Shown: positions 8,951-18,099 of the stretch, piece after piece
Layout of the letters: every line of letters begins with the position of its first letter
Position numbering within the stretch: the stretch's first letter is position 1
Origin: a virus
Virus record (IMG/VR): IMGVR_UViG_3300045049_000339
Location: 32,001-96,000 of that record
Length of the DNA stretch: 64,000 bases
Direction: 5' to 3' (one strand)
Notes under the pieces: model-generated
Database searches by the model: none
The model's input: the letters and a program-made list of their open reading frames with translations, nothing else
Told to the model about the DNA's origin: nothing
Made by a program: the position numbers and the translations under genes

Positions 8951-10195
8951 ATGCCTTCCGTGCGTGACACCGCACGCATCCGGGACATCAGCGGCCGGTC
9001 CATTGAGTTGGACGTGCCCAACGTTGATGACCCCGAGATGCTGATGGAAGCTGCCAAGCTGGTCTGGGAGCGTCTCATCAACGTCAACATCACCCCCAAC
9101 TGCCTGGAGCGCGTGCGCAACGGGCAGCCTGGGAGGATCTGGCGTGGGCGTATCCAGGCGGACAACTTCTTCAAGCTGTGGCCCCGCCTCGCCGACCGTG
9201 TCCTGGTCTCGAAGGCCGAGGGCGACCGCCTGACCGGCGCCATCATCGAGTACCTCACCGAGTGCCGCATGCTGCGCTGCGAGGAGCGGACGGGCAAGTA
9301 CCACACCGCCGTCTGGTGGGTCGCCGATCACTGGCAGCCGATGACCGTCACCAACGTGGCGGATGTCTCCGCCGTGGAGGAGCCGGAGCCGGAGACCGTG
9401 GAGGAGCCGGAGACCGTGGAGGAGCCGGAGCCGTCACAGGACGGCGAGTACAAGTGCCGCGCTTGCGACGACCGGTTCGACCTCGCCTCCGGGCGGGGCG
9501 GCCACGAGTACCGCAGCCACCGTATGGTGGTCGGCCACGACGGCAAGGTCTACCAGTACGACGCCGCCGACTACACGGCCAAGTACATGGGCGACGGCGT
9601 CATGCGCGTGCTGGAGAAGGCGGAGAAGCCGCTGAGCTTCAACGCCCTCGCCGGAGGCTGCTACGAGTACGATCCGCGTCTGGGCAAGCCCCACGTGCGC
9701 CGCATCCTGTCGGAACTGGTCGCGGCGGGCGCCGTGAAGGAGATCAGGAAGGGTGTGCACACGTTGTACGAGCTGGACAAGGGCGTCGTCCAGGTCGAGC
9801 TGGCACCCAAGGACGGCTTCTTCGTGAACGCCGTCACCACGCTGGCCAGCCCCGAGGAGGCGCCGGTCAAGGCGTCGGGCGACCTGCCCGCCACCGTGGC
9901 CTACGCCGAGCACGTGATCGCTTCGGCGCTGGGCGGCCTGCTGGCCGTGCAGGAGAGCCTTCGGACCATGCCCCAGCAGATCGACGAGCTGCGGGACCTG
10001 CTCGCCGAGAAGGACAAGCTCATCGAGACGCTGCGGGCCAAGCTGATCCACAAGGCCGCCAGCAACCCCGAGGCCGAGGCCAAGTTGGCGAAAGCGCTGG
10101 AGAAGCTGGAGAAGGTCGAGGCCGAGCGCGACAAGTACAAGGCCGACGTGCTGGCGTTCCGCAGGGCTTTGTCGGGGATCATTCAGAACGACTGA
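8951..10195 (+). CDS. putative DNA-binding protein (C2H2 finger, winged-helix-like region, C-terminal coiled coil)
   Basis: YKCRACDDRF...GGHEYRSH C2H2 pattern; VRRILSELVAAGAVKEIRKG wHTH-like segment; heptad-rich tail. Confidence 0.7.
   Translation: MPSVRDTARIRDISGRSIELDVPNVDDPEMLMEAAKLVWERLINVNITPNCLERVRNGQPGRIWRGRIQADNFFKLWPRLADRVLVSKAEGDRLTGAIIEYLTECRMLRCEERTGKYHTAVWWVADHWQPMTVTNVADVSAVEEPEPETVEEPETVEEPEPSQDGEYKCRACDDRFDLASGRGGHEYRSHRMVVGHDGKVYQYDAADYTAKYMGDGVMRVLEKAEKPLSFNALAGGCYEYDPRLGKPHVRRILSELVAAGAVKEIRKGVHTLYELDKGVVQVELAPKDGFFVNAVTTLASPEEAPVKASGDLPATVAYAEHVIASALGGLLAVQESLRTMPQQIDELRDLLAEKDKLIETLRAKLIHKAASNPEAEAKLAKALEKLEKVEAERDKYKADVLAFRRALSGIIQND
9372..9433 (+). repeat. in-frame tandem repeat encoding VEEPEPET/VEEPET/VEEPEP
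   Basis: Three copies of CCGTGGAGGAGCCGGAG. Confidence 0.8.
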
Positions 10196-10208
10196 CAGGT
10201 CAGCACAC

Positions 10209-10244
10209 AAAGGACCGGGGTAGCGCTAGCTGCCCCGGTCCTTT
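10209..10244. terminator. intrinsic terminator-like hairpin
   Basis: AAAGGACCGGGGTAGC-GCTA-GCTGCCCCGGTCCTTT inverted repeat after the stop. Confidence 0.7.
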
Positions 10245-10280
10245 AGCATGGAGGGACGCACCAGGAAGTAAGGGGAACAC

Positions 10281-12065
10281 GTGCCGTCCCTCGACCATGT
10301 CGACCTGCGCCTTGTTGACTCCGTACACGAAGCGATGGAATTCAAGCGTTTCCTGGGGAAGCGTCGTCCAAAGAATTTCCTAGGGCTCGATACTGAATCA
10401 AGTGGCTTGAAAGCGTATCTCCCTGGGGAAAAGCTCCGACTCATTCAGATCGGTGACGAACAGTCCGGCTGGGTCATCCCCTGGGAGCAGTGGGGCGGCG
10501 TCGCGCTGGAGGCGCTGGAGGAGTGGGACGGCGAGTGGGGGCTGCACAACTGCCCGCACGACGCCCAGTGGCTGGCCGTCCACGCCGGTTTCGAGCTGCC
10601 CTGGGACCGGGTACACGACACGATGGTTCAGGTGGCCCTCAAGGACCCTCTGCGGCCGAAGGGCCTGAAGCCCGTCTCCGAGTCCATCCTGGGCAAGCGT
10701 GCGTTGGCCGGTGAGAGGCTGCTGAAGCAGGGCATGCAGGAACAGGGCTGGACCTGGGCCACGGTGCCGTTCTCCTTCATGCCGTACGTGGTCTACTCCG
10801 CCATCGACCCCATCCTCGTCAACTTCATCGACGAGGAGTACCGGCCGTGGGTGGACCGGTACGCTGGCGCTGCATACGACCTGGAACGCGGCGCCCAAAG
10901 AGTTTGTACGCGAATGATGCAGCGCGGAATGATGCTGGACGTTCCGTACGTGAACGAAGCACGGGGAAAGCTGGAGGACTACAGCCAGAAAGCACGCGTC
11001 TGGCTCAAATCCACCCACGGCATCACGTCCCCGAATTCGGGAGGACAGCTCCGCCGCGCCCTGGAAAAGGAAGGGCAGGAGATCCTGTTCTTCACCAAGG
11101 GCGGCACGCCGCAGTTCGACAAGAACGCGCTGACCTTCTACAAGATCGAGGGGCAGACCGAGGCGGTCAAGCAGATCGCCGACTGCGTCCTGAAAATCCG
11201 GCACGCCGAGAAAATCATCAGTTCGTACCTCGACAACTTCCTCAAGTTCCGTGACGCGAACGACATCATCCACAGCAATATCAACACTCTTGCTGCTCGA
11301 ACTGGTCGGATGAGCGTGACGGACCCGGCGCTGCAAACACTGCACCGAAACGACGTGATCGTGCGTGGGTCACTCATTCCCCGTCCCGGCCACGCGTTCA
11401 TCACCTGCGACCTGAATCAGGTCGAGGCGCGCATGGCGGCGCATTTCACCGAGGACAAGGGACTCATTGAGTCTTTTCTGCGTGCCGAGACGGACGGCTC
11501 TGATTTCTTCTGCGAGCTGGGCGGCCTGATCTTCGGAGAGCCCATCTCGAAGAAAGACCCTCGCCGCAACATGGTGAAGACCATCGTCTACCGCACCAAT
11601 TACGGGGGCGGCGAGAATATCGAGGCGATGGCTTTGACGGCCGAGGTGCCCTACGCGCAGATGGCGCTCGCCAAGGCCGGGTTCGACAGCTCCTTCCCCG
11701 GCGTGGAGGCCGAGCTGAAGCGCACCGAGGAACTGGCCAAGTCCCGCACTCCTCCGCACCTGTTCAGCCCGTACGGACGCCGGTTCCTGCTGGACCCCGG
11801 CCACGAGTACACACAGGGCTTCAACGCCCGTATCCAGGGCCACGCCGCCGAATACTTCAAGCGGTGCCTGCTGGACATCGACGCGGCGGGACTGGGCGAC
11901 GCGATGGTGATGGTCGTCCACGACGAGGTCATTGCCGAGGTGCCGCTGGAACAGGCGGAAGAGGCCAAGAAAATCATCGAGGACTGCATGACCGACAGGC
12001 ATTCATATAAAGTTCCTATTACTGCTGATGCATCAATTCTCACTGAGCGATGGAAGAAAACGTGA
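10281..12065 (+). CDS. polA: DNA polymerase, family A, with 3'-5' exonuclease
   Basis: ExoI LGLDTES, HDTMV, ARTGRMS, motif A CDLNQVEAR, motif B RNMVKTIVYRTNYG, motif C VHDEV. Confidence 0.93.
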   Translation: MPSLDHVDLRLVDSVHEAMEFKRFLGKRRPKNFLGLDTESSGLKAYLPGEKLRLIQIGDEQSGWVIPWEQWGGVALEALEEWDGEWGLHNCPHDAQWLAVHAGFELPWDRVHDTMVQVALKDPLRPKGLKPVSESILGKRALAGERLLKQGMQEQGWTWATVPFSFMPYVVYSAIDPILVNFIDEEYRPWVDRYAGAAYDLERGAQRVCTRMMQRGMMLDVPYVNEARGKLEDYSQKARVWLKSTHGITSPNSGGQLRRALEKEGQEILFFTKGGTPQFDKNALTFYKIEGQTEAVKQIADCVLKIRHAEKIISSYLDNFLKFRDANDIIHSNINTLAARTGRMSVTDPALQTLHRNDVIVRGSLIPRPGHAFITCDLNQVEARMAAHFTEDKGLIESFLRAETDGSDFFCELGGLIFGEPISKKDPRRNMVKTIVYRTNYGGGENIEAMALTAEVPYAQMALAKAGFDSSFPGVEAELKRTEELAKSRTPPHLFSPYGRRFLLDPGHEYTQGFNARIQGHAAEYFKRCLLDIDAAGLGDAMVMVVHDEVIAEVPLEQAEEAKKIIEDCMTDRHSYKVPITADASILTERWKKT

Positions 12066-12496
12066 GGGACATTAAGGCATACCACCGGAATCACGTAAAG
12101 CTGCACAAACAACGTGGCCGAGCTGCCGACCATGTCTGCGTAGAATGTGGCAACCCAGCGCGAGAATGGGCGCAGACTCACGGAACGGATGGGACCGATC
12201 CGTGGGGGCACTACAACCCCATGTGCAAGCCGTGCCACCTGACATACGACAGGCCAGTTAAAGCTGCAAAGATCGCAGAAGTGCATACGGGACGTAGAAA
12301 CTCTCCAGAGATTCGATCCCGTATGTCCGAGGCACAAAAGAAGCGCTTTGCAAAAAGTCCTGTTACTGAGGAGACAAAAAAGAAAACCTCCGCAGCTCTC
12401 AAGGGCAGAAAGGTGTCAGCTGAGACTCGCGCCAAGTTGTCGGAGATCCAGAAGGCACGGTGGGAGCGCTGGCGTAAGGAAAGAGAGAAGACGTGA
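12062..12496 (+). CDS. HNH-type homing endonuclease with NUMOD3 repeats
   Basis: CVECG...PMCKPCH zinc/HNH-like core plus SPEIRSRMSEAQK, TEETKKKTSAALKGRK and SAETRAKLSE NUMOD3 motifs; lower GC. Confidence 0.8.
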   Translation: MRDIKAYHRNHVKLHKQRGRAADHVCVECGNPAREWAQTHGTDGTDPWGHYNPMCKPCHLTYDRPVKAAKIAEVHTGRRNSPEIRSRMSEAQKKRFAKSPVTEETKKKTSAALKGRKVSAETRAKLSEIQKARWERWRKEREKT

Positions 12497-12945
12497 ACGA
12501 ACTTCCGCACGCTGTCATGTGGCTGGACCCAGGACTCACCACCGGGTGGGCGCTCCTGGCCGCTGGAATGTTCTCCAGTGGCCAGGAGGACTTCGCACAC
12601 ATGGGAATGCTCCTGGAAGCCCTTGCTGAGCAGCACGGAGAGAAGCTGGCGATCGGCTGGGAGCAGTACATCGTCACGCCGGGTGGTGGCGTCACCGGCA
12701 CGGCCAACCCACCGATCGAAACGATCGGCATGGCCAAGTGGATCGCGCAGTGGCACGAGTGTCAGGTGCTCAAAGAGGTGCCGTCCTCGTTCCGGATCGT
12801 CGCCCAGCCGCACATGCTGAAAAAGCTCGGTTGGTACAAGCCCGGCCAGGATCACGCGAATCAGGCAACCCGTCATCTGATGGCGTGGATGCTTCGCGAG
12901 AAGCTGATGCCGATGGAGTTGTACACCGCACTGTTCGTGGGCTGA
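12493..12945 (+). CDS. RuvC-like Holliday junction resolvase
   Basis: WLDPGLTTGWA (RNase H fold), GWEQY, DHANQATRH. Confidence 0.75.
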   Translation: MNELPHAVMWLDPGLTTGWALLAAGMFSSGQEDFAHMGMLLEALAEQHGEKLAIGWEQYIVTPGGGVTGTANPPIETIGMAKWIAQWHECQVLKEVPSSFRIVAQPHMLKKLGWYKPGQDHANQATRHLMAWMLREKLMPMELYTALFVG

Positions 12946-12975
12946 CTTGTCAGACCCTTGTGGAAGAGTGAACGC

Positions 12976-14727
12976 ATGGCACTCGCGGAACTGAACCAGG
13001 ACAAGGAACGCATCGACGTCCACGCCTCGTACGTGGAGAACGATCTCATCTCGCAGCTCCCCGGCGCACGGTTCGACCGTGTCGCCAAGAGCTGGCACGC
13101 GCCCATCTCCTGGGCCACATGCATCGTTCTGCGATCACTGTTCGGGGACAACCTTGAGGTCGGCCCGAAGCTCCACGCATGGACGTGGGAGGAGTACCGG
13201 AACCGGATCAACCCAGCCACTTCGATCCGCGACGCGCTGGAGGATTCCGCCGACTTCCCGGAGCTGGACAAGGTGGAGGACGGCGCCCTGCTGCGCCTGT
13301 ACCCGTACCAGCGCGTGGACGTCCGCTTCATGTCCATCAACAAGCGCGCCCTGCTGGCGCAGCCGCCGGGACTGGGAAAGTCCGCCGTGACAGTTCGTAC
13401 ACTTCAGGTCATGCACGCGATGGGCGAGGCCGTCTTTCCCGCGCTCATCGTGTGCCCCAATTCCCTGAAGTACACGACGTGGGCGAAGGAGTTCGGCCGC
13501 TGGGCTCCGGAACTGGCCGTCACCGTCGTGGACGGTTCCGCCACGAAGAGGCGCAAGCAGCTCGCCGAAGACTCCGATGTCTTCGTGATGAACTGGGAAG
13601 CGCTGAAGCTCCATTCCTTCCTTGAGCAGTACGGCACGACGCCGCTCACGGCCAAGGAGAAGGAAGTCAAGGAGCTGAACGAGATGGGGCTGTGGACGGT
13701 CGTGTTCGACGAGGTCCATCGGATGCGTGACCCGCGTTCCCAGCAGACCCGTGCCGCCTGGGCACTGGCCCATGAAGCCGCCAATGCCTTCGGGTTGACC
13801 GGTACGCCGATCGGCAACAACATCGGCGACCTGTGGTCGATCATGCACGCCATTGAGCCGAAGTGGTTCCCGCGCCGGACCAAGTTCCTCGACCGGTACG
13901 CTGTCACCAAGCTCAACTACTTCGGCGGCCACGAGATCCTGGGGATCAATCCGCACACGAAGAAAGAACTCTTCCAGATCACGGACCCGCTGATGCGACG
14001 GGTTCCGAAATCAGCAGCATTGCCTCAACTCCCTCCGAAACTCCCGGTGCAGTACCGGGAGACGCCGATGGCAGCGAAGCAGGCCAAGGCATACAAGGAG
14101 ATGGAGGAGACGATGGTGGCCAGGCTGAATGAGATCCTGATCGCCCCCTCGCCGCTGTCCGCGCTCACCCGTCTCTTGCAGTTCGCGTCCGCCTCTGCGG
14201 AGATCGACGAGAAGGGGCAGGTCAAATTGTCAGTCCCTTCTCCTAAGATCGACGACATGGTGGAACTGCTGGAGGAGATGGGGGACGAACCATTGGTTGT
14301 CGCCGCCGTTTCACGGCAGTTGATCGAACTGGCAGCGGAACGACTCGACAAGCTGAAGATTCCGTACGGGCTCATCACCGGAGCACAGGGATCAGCGCTT
14401 CGTGCACAAGCTGTCGACGACTTCCAGGACGGGAAGACGCGGGTCATGCTGATGACAATCGGCGCTGGCGCCGAGGGCATTACTCTAACTCGCGCTGACA
14501 CCATGCTTTTTATGCAAAGGGACTGGTCAGAAATCAAAAATGCCCAGAGCGAAGACAGGGTCCACAGGATCGGGTCTGAGATTCATGGGTGTGTACGTAT
14601 CATTGATCAGATCGCTCCCGGTACGGTCGAGAGCCGGAAGATCGAACTTCTCAAGGTGAAGCAGGGGCGCATGGAAGAGCTGGTGCGGGACGGCGAGTCA
14701 CTGGCGAAGCTGCTGGGGATGCGATGA
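12976..14727 (+). CDS. SNF2-family helicase
   Basis: LYPYQ, QPPGLGKS, DEVH, LTGTP, GAEGITLT, QSEDRVHRIG. Confidence 0.92.
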   Translation: MALAELNQDKERIDVHASYVENDLISQLPGARFDRVAKSWHAPISWATCIVLRSLFGDNLEVGPKLHAWTWEEYRNRINPATSIRDALEDSADFPELDKVEDGALLRLYPYQRVDVRFMSINKRALLAQPPGLGKSAVTVRTLQVMHAMGEAVFPALIVCPNSLKYTTWAKEFGRWAPELAVTVVDGSATKRRKQLAEDSDVFVMNWEALKLHSFLEQYGTTPLTAKEKEVKELNEMGLWTVVFDEVHRMRDPRSQQTRAAWALAHEAANAFGLTGTPIGNNIGDLWSIMHAIEPKWFPRRTKFLDRYAVTKLNYFGGHEILGINPHTKKELFQITDPLMRRVPKSAALPQLPPKLPVQYRETPMAAKQAKAYKEMEETMVARLNEILIAPSPLSALTRLLQFASASAEIDEKGQVKLSVPSPKIDDMVELLEEMGDEPLVVAAVSRQLIELAAERLDKLKIPYGLITGAQGSALRAQAVDDFQDGKTRVMLMTIGAGAEGITLTRADTMLFMQRDWSEIKNAQSEDRVHRIGSEIHGCVRIIDQIAPGTVESRKIELLKVKQGRMEELVRDGESLAKLLGMR

Positions 14728-15686
14728 GTGATCTCGTGCTGTCGAACTCAACTATCCGCACCTGGAAGTCATGTAAGCGGCAATACTGGTTGAGACACTA
14801 CCGTGAGCTTGCCGTTCCGCACCGTCGGCACAACCCGACCTCGGTGGCGGAGCTGGGCACCCGTGTGCACACGATTCTTGAGGCTCTGTACGGGTATGAG
14901 ATCCCGTTCGAGGTCTCCATCCCGGTGATCTACGACGCCGCGAAGGAGGAGTACCCGGACTACGCGCTCCAGCTCGAAGCGGAGCAGGAGCTTGTCGAGA
15001 TCATGGTGAACGGCTGGCTGGACTGGGCTGCGGAGCAGGGCATCGACAACGCCTTTGACGTGGTCGCGACCGAGAAAACCGTGCAGTATCAGATGGAGAT
15101 CGGGGGTGGACGAACGGTCACCCTGATGGGTAAGCTAGACCAGCAGGTGCGGCGGAAGTTCGACGACGCACTGATGTTCCGGGACTGGAAGACGTGCGGC
15201 ACTTTTTCCAAGGCGGACGACCTCATCCGCGACGAACAGTTCCGCTTCTACTCGATGCTCTGGTCGCTCATCGCGCCTGAGGGTGAACGCGTCGGCGGCG
15301 GTTTGTATACACAGATCCGTCGTTCAAATCAGTCGGCCCGCTCCAAGGGGCCGTACTACCAGCAGATCGCCGTGTCTTACAACAAGGACGACCTCCGGTC
15401 CATGTGGTACCGGACCTGGGAAGTGGCGAATGAGATCGACCGCTTTCACCGCCGCATGGACGCTGGGGAGAGTCACCTCCAGGTGGCCTACCCCAATCCG
15501 TCGATGTCCTGTTCCTGGTCGTGCCCTTTCGTGAATGTCTGCCACATGGCCGATGACGGGTCACGGTTCGAGGACGCACTGTCCAACTTGTTTGAAACTA
15601 AAGATCCTTACGCGTACTACGGCTCAGAGCAGATCAATTTGGTCAAGGAAGCTGTGGGAACTAAGGACGAGGGTCAAAGTGCCTAA
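14724..15686 (+). CDS. Cas4/RecB-like PD-(D/E)XK exonuclease
   Basis: SNSTIRTWKSCKRQY, GTRVHTILE, GKLD, RDWKT, QFRFY, C-terminal CSWSCPFVNVC Fe-S ligands. Confidence 0.85.
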   Translation: MSDLVLSNSTIRTWKSCKRQYWLRHYRELAVPHRRHNPTSVAELGTRVHTILEALYGYEIPFEVSIPVIYDAAKEEYPDYALQLEAEQELVEIMVNGWLDWAAEQGIDNAFDVVATEKTVQYQMEIGGGRTVTLMGKLDQQVRRKFDDALMFRDWKTCGTFSKADDLIRDEQFRFYSMLWSLIAPEGERVGGGLYTQIRRSNQSARSKGPYYQQIAVSYNKDDLRSMWYRTWEVANEIDRFHRRMDAGESHLQVAYPNPSMSCSWSCPFVNVCHMADDGSRFEDALSNLFETKDPYAYYGSEQINLVKEAVGTKDEGQSA

Positions 15687-16149
15687 GTGTGTAGAAGGAT
15701 GTGTCTGCAAGAAACACGTCCAGCGTATTCGTACGAAGCATGCTCTGGACTGCGATTGTTCACGCTGCTACGACACGCGGCACAAGCGCGTTTTCCATCG
15801 ACGAGGAAGCGCGAAAGCTCAGATGTGCATTGAGTGTGGTGTCACCGCTCAGGAATGGGCGCACACCCACGGCTCAGATCCGAACCTGCCGGACAACTAT
15901 CGCCCGATGTGCCGTAAGTGTCATCGGAAATACGACGGCTGGGGCGAGATGATCAGCAAGGCCAAAACGGCTTACTGGGCAACCATCCCGCCAGAAGAAC
16001 GAAATAGAGATCCCGAGACGCGCAGGAAGAACTCGGAAGCGCAGAAGGCCCGCTGGGCTGCAATGTCGCCGGAGCGCCGGAAGTCCGTGATTGAGAATGC
16101 GGCGGAAGGACAGAGGCGACGAAACAGAAGTATGAGGGGAGCGGAATGA
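15679..16149 (+). CDS. HNH-type homing endonuclease with NUMOD-like tail (paralog of 12062-12496)
   Basis: CIECG...EWAHTHG...YRPMCRKCHRKYD; PETRRKNSEAQKARW. Confidence 0.75.
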   Translation: MPKCVEGCVCKKHVQRIRTKHALDCDCSRCYDTRHKRVFHRRGSAKAQMCIECGVTAQEWAHTHGSDPNLPDNYRPMCRKCHRKYDGWGEMISKAKTAYWATIPPEERNRDPETRRKNSEAQKARWAAMSPERRKSVIENAAEGQRRRNRSMRGAE

Positions 16150-16901
16150 GCACAGAGCACCTTGGCCTATCGGTGATCGTGCACGGACCGGCGAAGAGCG
16201 GGAAGTCGTTCCTCGCCGACACGATGCCCGGCCCGCGTCTGGTTCTGGATGCGGAGATGGGGAGCCGCTTTACCCCCAGTAAGAAAAAAGTCTGGGAACC
16301 GGCAAAGGAGGCTCCCCCGGTCGCGGATGGAACGTGGGACACGTGCATCGTGTACGTCCGTGATTACCGTGCTGTCCTCAAGGCGTACGAGTGGCTTGAC
16401 AGTGGAAAGCATCCGTTCAAGTCCGTTGCCTTGGACTCGATTTCGGAAATTCAGCAGAGGGCTGTAGATGCCCTTGCCGGTATTCAGCAGCCCACACAGC
16501 AGGACTGGGGAACCCTGCTGCGCCAGGTTTCGGACCTGGTGCGCCGGTTCCGTGATCTGACTACAAACCCCACTCGTCCGCTGGACGCCGTGGTGTTCAT
16601 CGCCATGACGCGCCAGGGCCGTGAGGGCGACGCCACCTGGCGCCCGCATGTGCAGGGATCGCTGGCCACGGTTCTGCCTTATTTCACTGATCTGGTCGGC
16701 TACCTGTGTGTGGCGCCGCAGCCGGACGGCACCTCCGTGCGCCGCCTGTTCACCGGCCCCGTGCCCGGCTTCGAGACGGGTGAGCGCGTCGGCGGACGCC
16801 TGGGCGATTTCACGGACAACCCGAACATCACCGAAATGCTGGCCCGCGTACGGGGTTGCAGCGTTGAGGAAGTCACCGGAACGAAGGAGAGCGCGAAGTG
16901 A
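16146..16901 (+). CDS. Sak4-like AAA ATPase / recombinase (AAA_24)
   Basis: HGPAKSGKS Walker A, LDAEMG, VALDSISEIQ, DWG; between the exonuclease and SSB. Confidence 0.85.
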   Translation: MSTEHLGLSVIVHGPAKSGKSFLADTMPGPRLVLDAEMGSRFTPSKKKVWEPAKEAPPVADGTWDTCIVYVRDYRAVLKAYEWLDSGKHPFKSVALDSISEIQQRAVDALAGIQQPTQQDWGTLLRQVSDLVRRFRDLTTNPTRPLDAVVFIAMTRQGREGDATWRPHVQGSLATVLPYFTDLVGYLCVAPQPDGTSVRRLFTGPVPGFETGERVGGRLGDFTDNPNITEMLARVRGCSVEEVTGTKESAK

Positions 16902-17488
16902 CGACCCTGCCCTGGGACGAGATGATCAACAACTCCAAGGACGACGGGAAGCAGCGCGTCCCGGACGGCACCTACGAGTGCATCGTGAAGTCCACGGAGG
17001 TCGGCCAGACGGCCAACGGCTACAAGCGGATCAACACCCGCTTCATCGTGGACGAGGGTCCGTACAAGGGCTCCAGCGTCTTCAACAACTTCATCATCAC
17101 CCCGGACAAGCCCGGCGGCATGGACCTGTTCTTCCGCAACATGGGCGCGCTGGGCCTGACCAAGGACGTCCTGGCGGCCAGCAAGCCGTCGCTGGAGGCC
17201 CTGGCCGAGATGATGAAGGACCGACGCGCGGAGCTGACCGTGGGCACGCGCGTGTTCAACGGTAAGGAGTACGACGACGTCAAGCAGATGAAGCCGCTGG
17301 GCAACCCCGGAGGCGGCTTCTCCTTCGGTGGCGACACGATCCTGCCGCCGGTCGCCGTGAACCGACCGTCCACGCCGGTCCCCTCTGCCCTGCCGCCGGT
17401 CCCGACCGTCACGGACGCCATGCCGACCGTCATGCCGGTGCCCCCGGCGTCGGACGAGAACGGCCTGCCGCCGGAGCCTCCGTTCTGA
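16898..17488 (+). CDS. DUF669-like single-stranded DNA-binding protein
   Basis: VPDGTYECIV, GPYKGSSVFNNF, acidic/Pro tail ending EPPF; Sak4-SSB synteny. Confidence 0.8.
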   Translation: MTTLPWDEMINNSKDDGKQRVPDGTYECIVKSTEVGQTANGYKRINTRFIVDEGPYKGSSVFNNFIITPDKPGGMDLFFRNMGALGLTKDVLAASKPSLEALAEMMKDRRAELTVGTRVFNGKEYDDVKQMKPLGNPGGGFSFGGDTILPPVAVNRPSTPVPSALPPVPTVTDAMPTVMPVPPASDENGLPPEPPF

Positions 17489-17548
17489 TAGCTTGATGGA
17501 GCTGGCCCGGTTTCGGCATCGCCGACGGAGTGGCCGGGCCAGCACCCA

Positions 17549-17622
17549 CGGGACGTAGCTCAGCTTGGTAGAGCTTCCGCTTTGGGAGCGGAAGGCCGCA
17601 CGTTCGAATCGTGTCGTCCCGA
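17549..17622 (+). tRNA. tRNA-Pro(TGG)
   Basis: Cloverleaf CGGGACG/CGTCCCG, anticodon loop TTTGGGA, T loop TTCGAAT; CCA not encoded. Confidence 0.92.
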
Positions 17623-17789
17623 CGGCCGGTACCTGCGGAAACCCTTACTCCGCCTGGGTGCGGGAGGCCAACTCCGATGATCCGCGTGGCGGCTCTCTCG
17701 GTGCAAGATCCCGCACGCTCGTAGTAGGCGAGCCCGGCATTCTCGGACGGAGTGGATGCGTCGGCCGGTTCGAGTCCGGTCATCCCCAG

Positions 17790-17862
17790 GGATGGGGGTC
17801 TGGCTGCGGCCAGCAAATAGGGCGACGGCCCGCGCAGAGGGGTTCGACTCCCCTCCCGTCCA
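17790..17862 (+). ncRNA. tRNA-like element with acceptor stem and T arm but no canonical anticodon arm
   Basis: GGATGGG/CCCGTCC-A acceptor, AGGGG-TTCGACT-CCCCT T arm, two short internal hairpins. Confidence 0.5.
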
Positions 17863-17919
17863 CGGTCCCCACGAGTGATACCGGCCGCTGCGTAGGCCGG
17901 AGCCTCGTGGGGGCTTCCC

Positions 17920-18002
17920 GCGTCTGTGGTGCAATGGCTGACACGCGCCGCTCAAAACGGCGTCCACGCAGGTGGGTGTGGGTTCGAGTCCCACCAGGCG
18001 CA
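17920..18002 (+). tRNA. tRNA-Leu(CAA)
   Basis: GCGTCTG/CAGGCGC, anticodon loop CTCAAAA, long variable arm, T loop TTCGAGT. Confidence 0.9.
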
Positions 18003-18007
18003 CGGAG

Positions 18008-18036
18008 TTGACACAAGTCCCCGGCAGGGGTAGTGT
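18008..18036 (+). promoter_or_regulatory. sigma70/HrdB-type promoter
   Basis: TTGACA-N17-TAGTGT. Confidence 0.75.
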
Positions 18037-18099
18037 TCTTCTCGTCAGCCCGCAAGGGCAGCAGGAACAGGAACGCAGTCCCCTAGGAAAGTAGGACCC

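Noticed and set aside
10281-14727. Inteins or group I introns in the polymerase or helicase
   Set aside because: The proteins are of normal length with contiguous motifs; the HNH genes are free-standing between genes.
14724-15686. CRISPR-associated cas4
   Set aside because: It is a stand-alone phage Cas4-like exonuclease in a Sak4/SSB recombination module, with no cas1/cas2 or array.
17565-18011. ORFs over the tRNA and ncRNA regions (also 22573-22857, 26547-26942, 20728-21140)
   Set aside because: They overlap clear RNA structures and lack codon bias.
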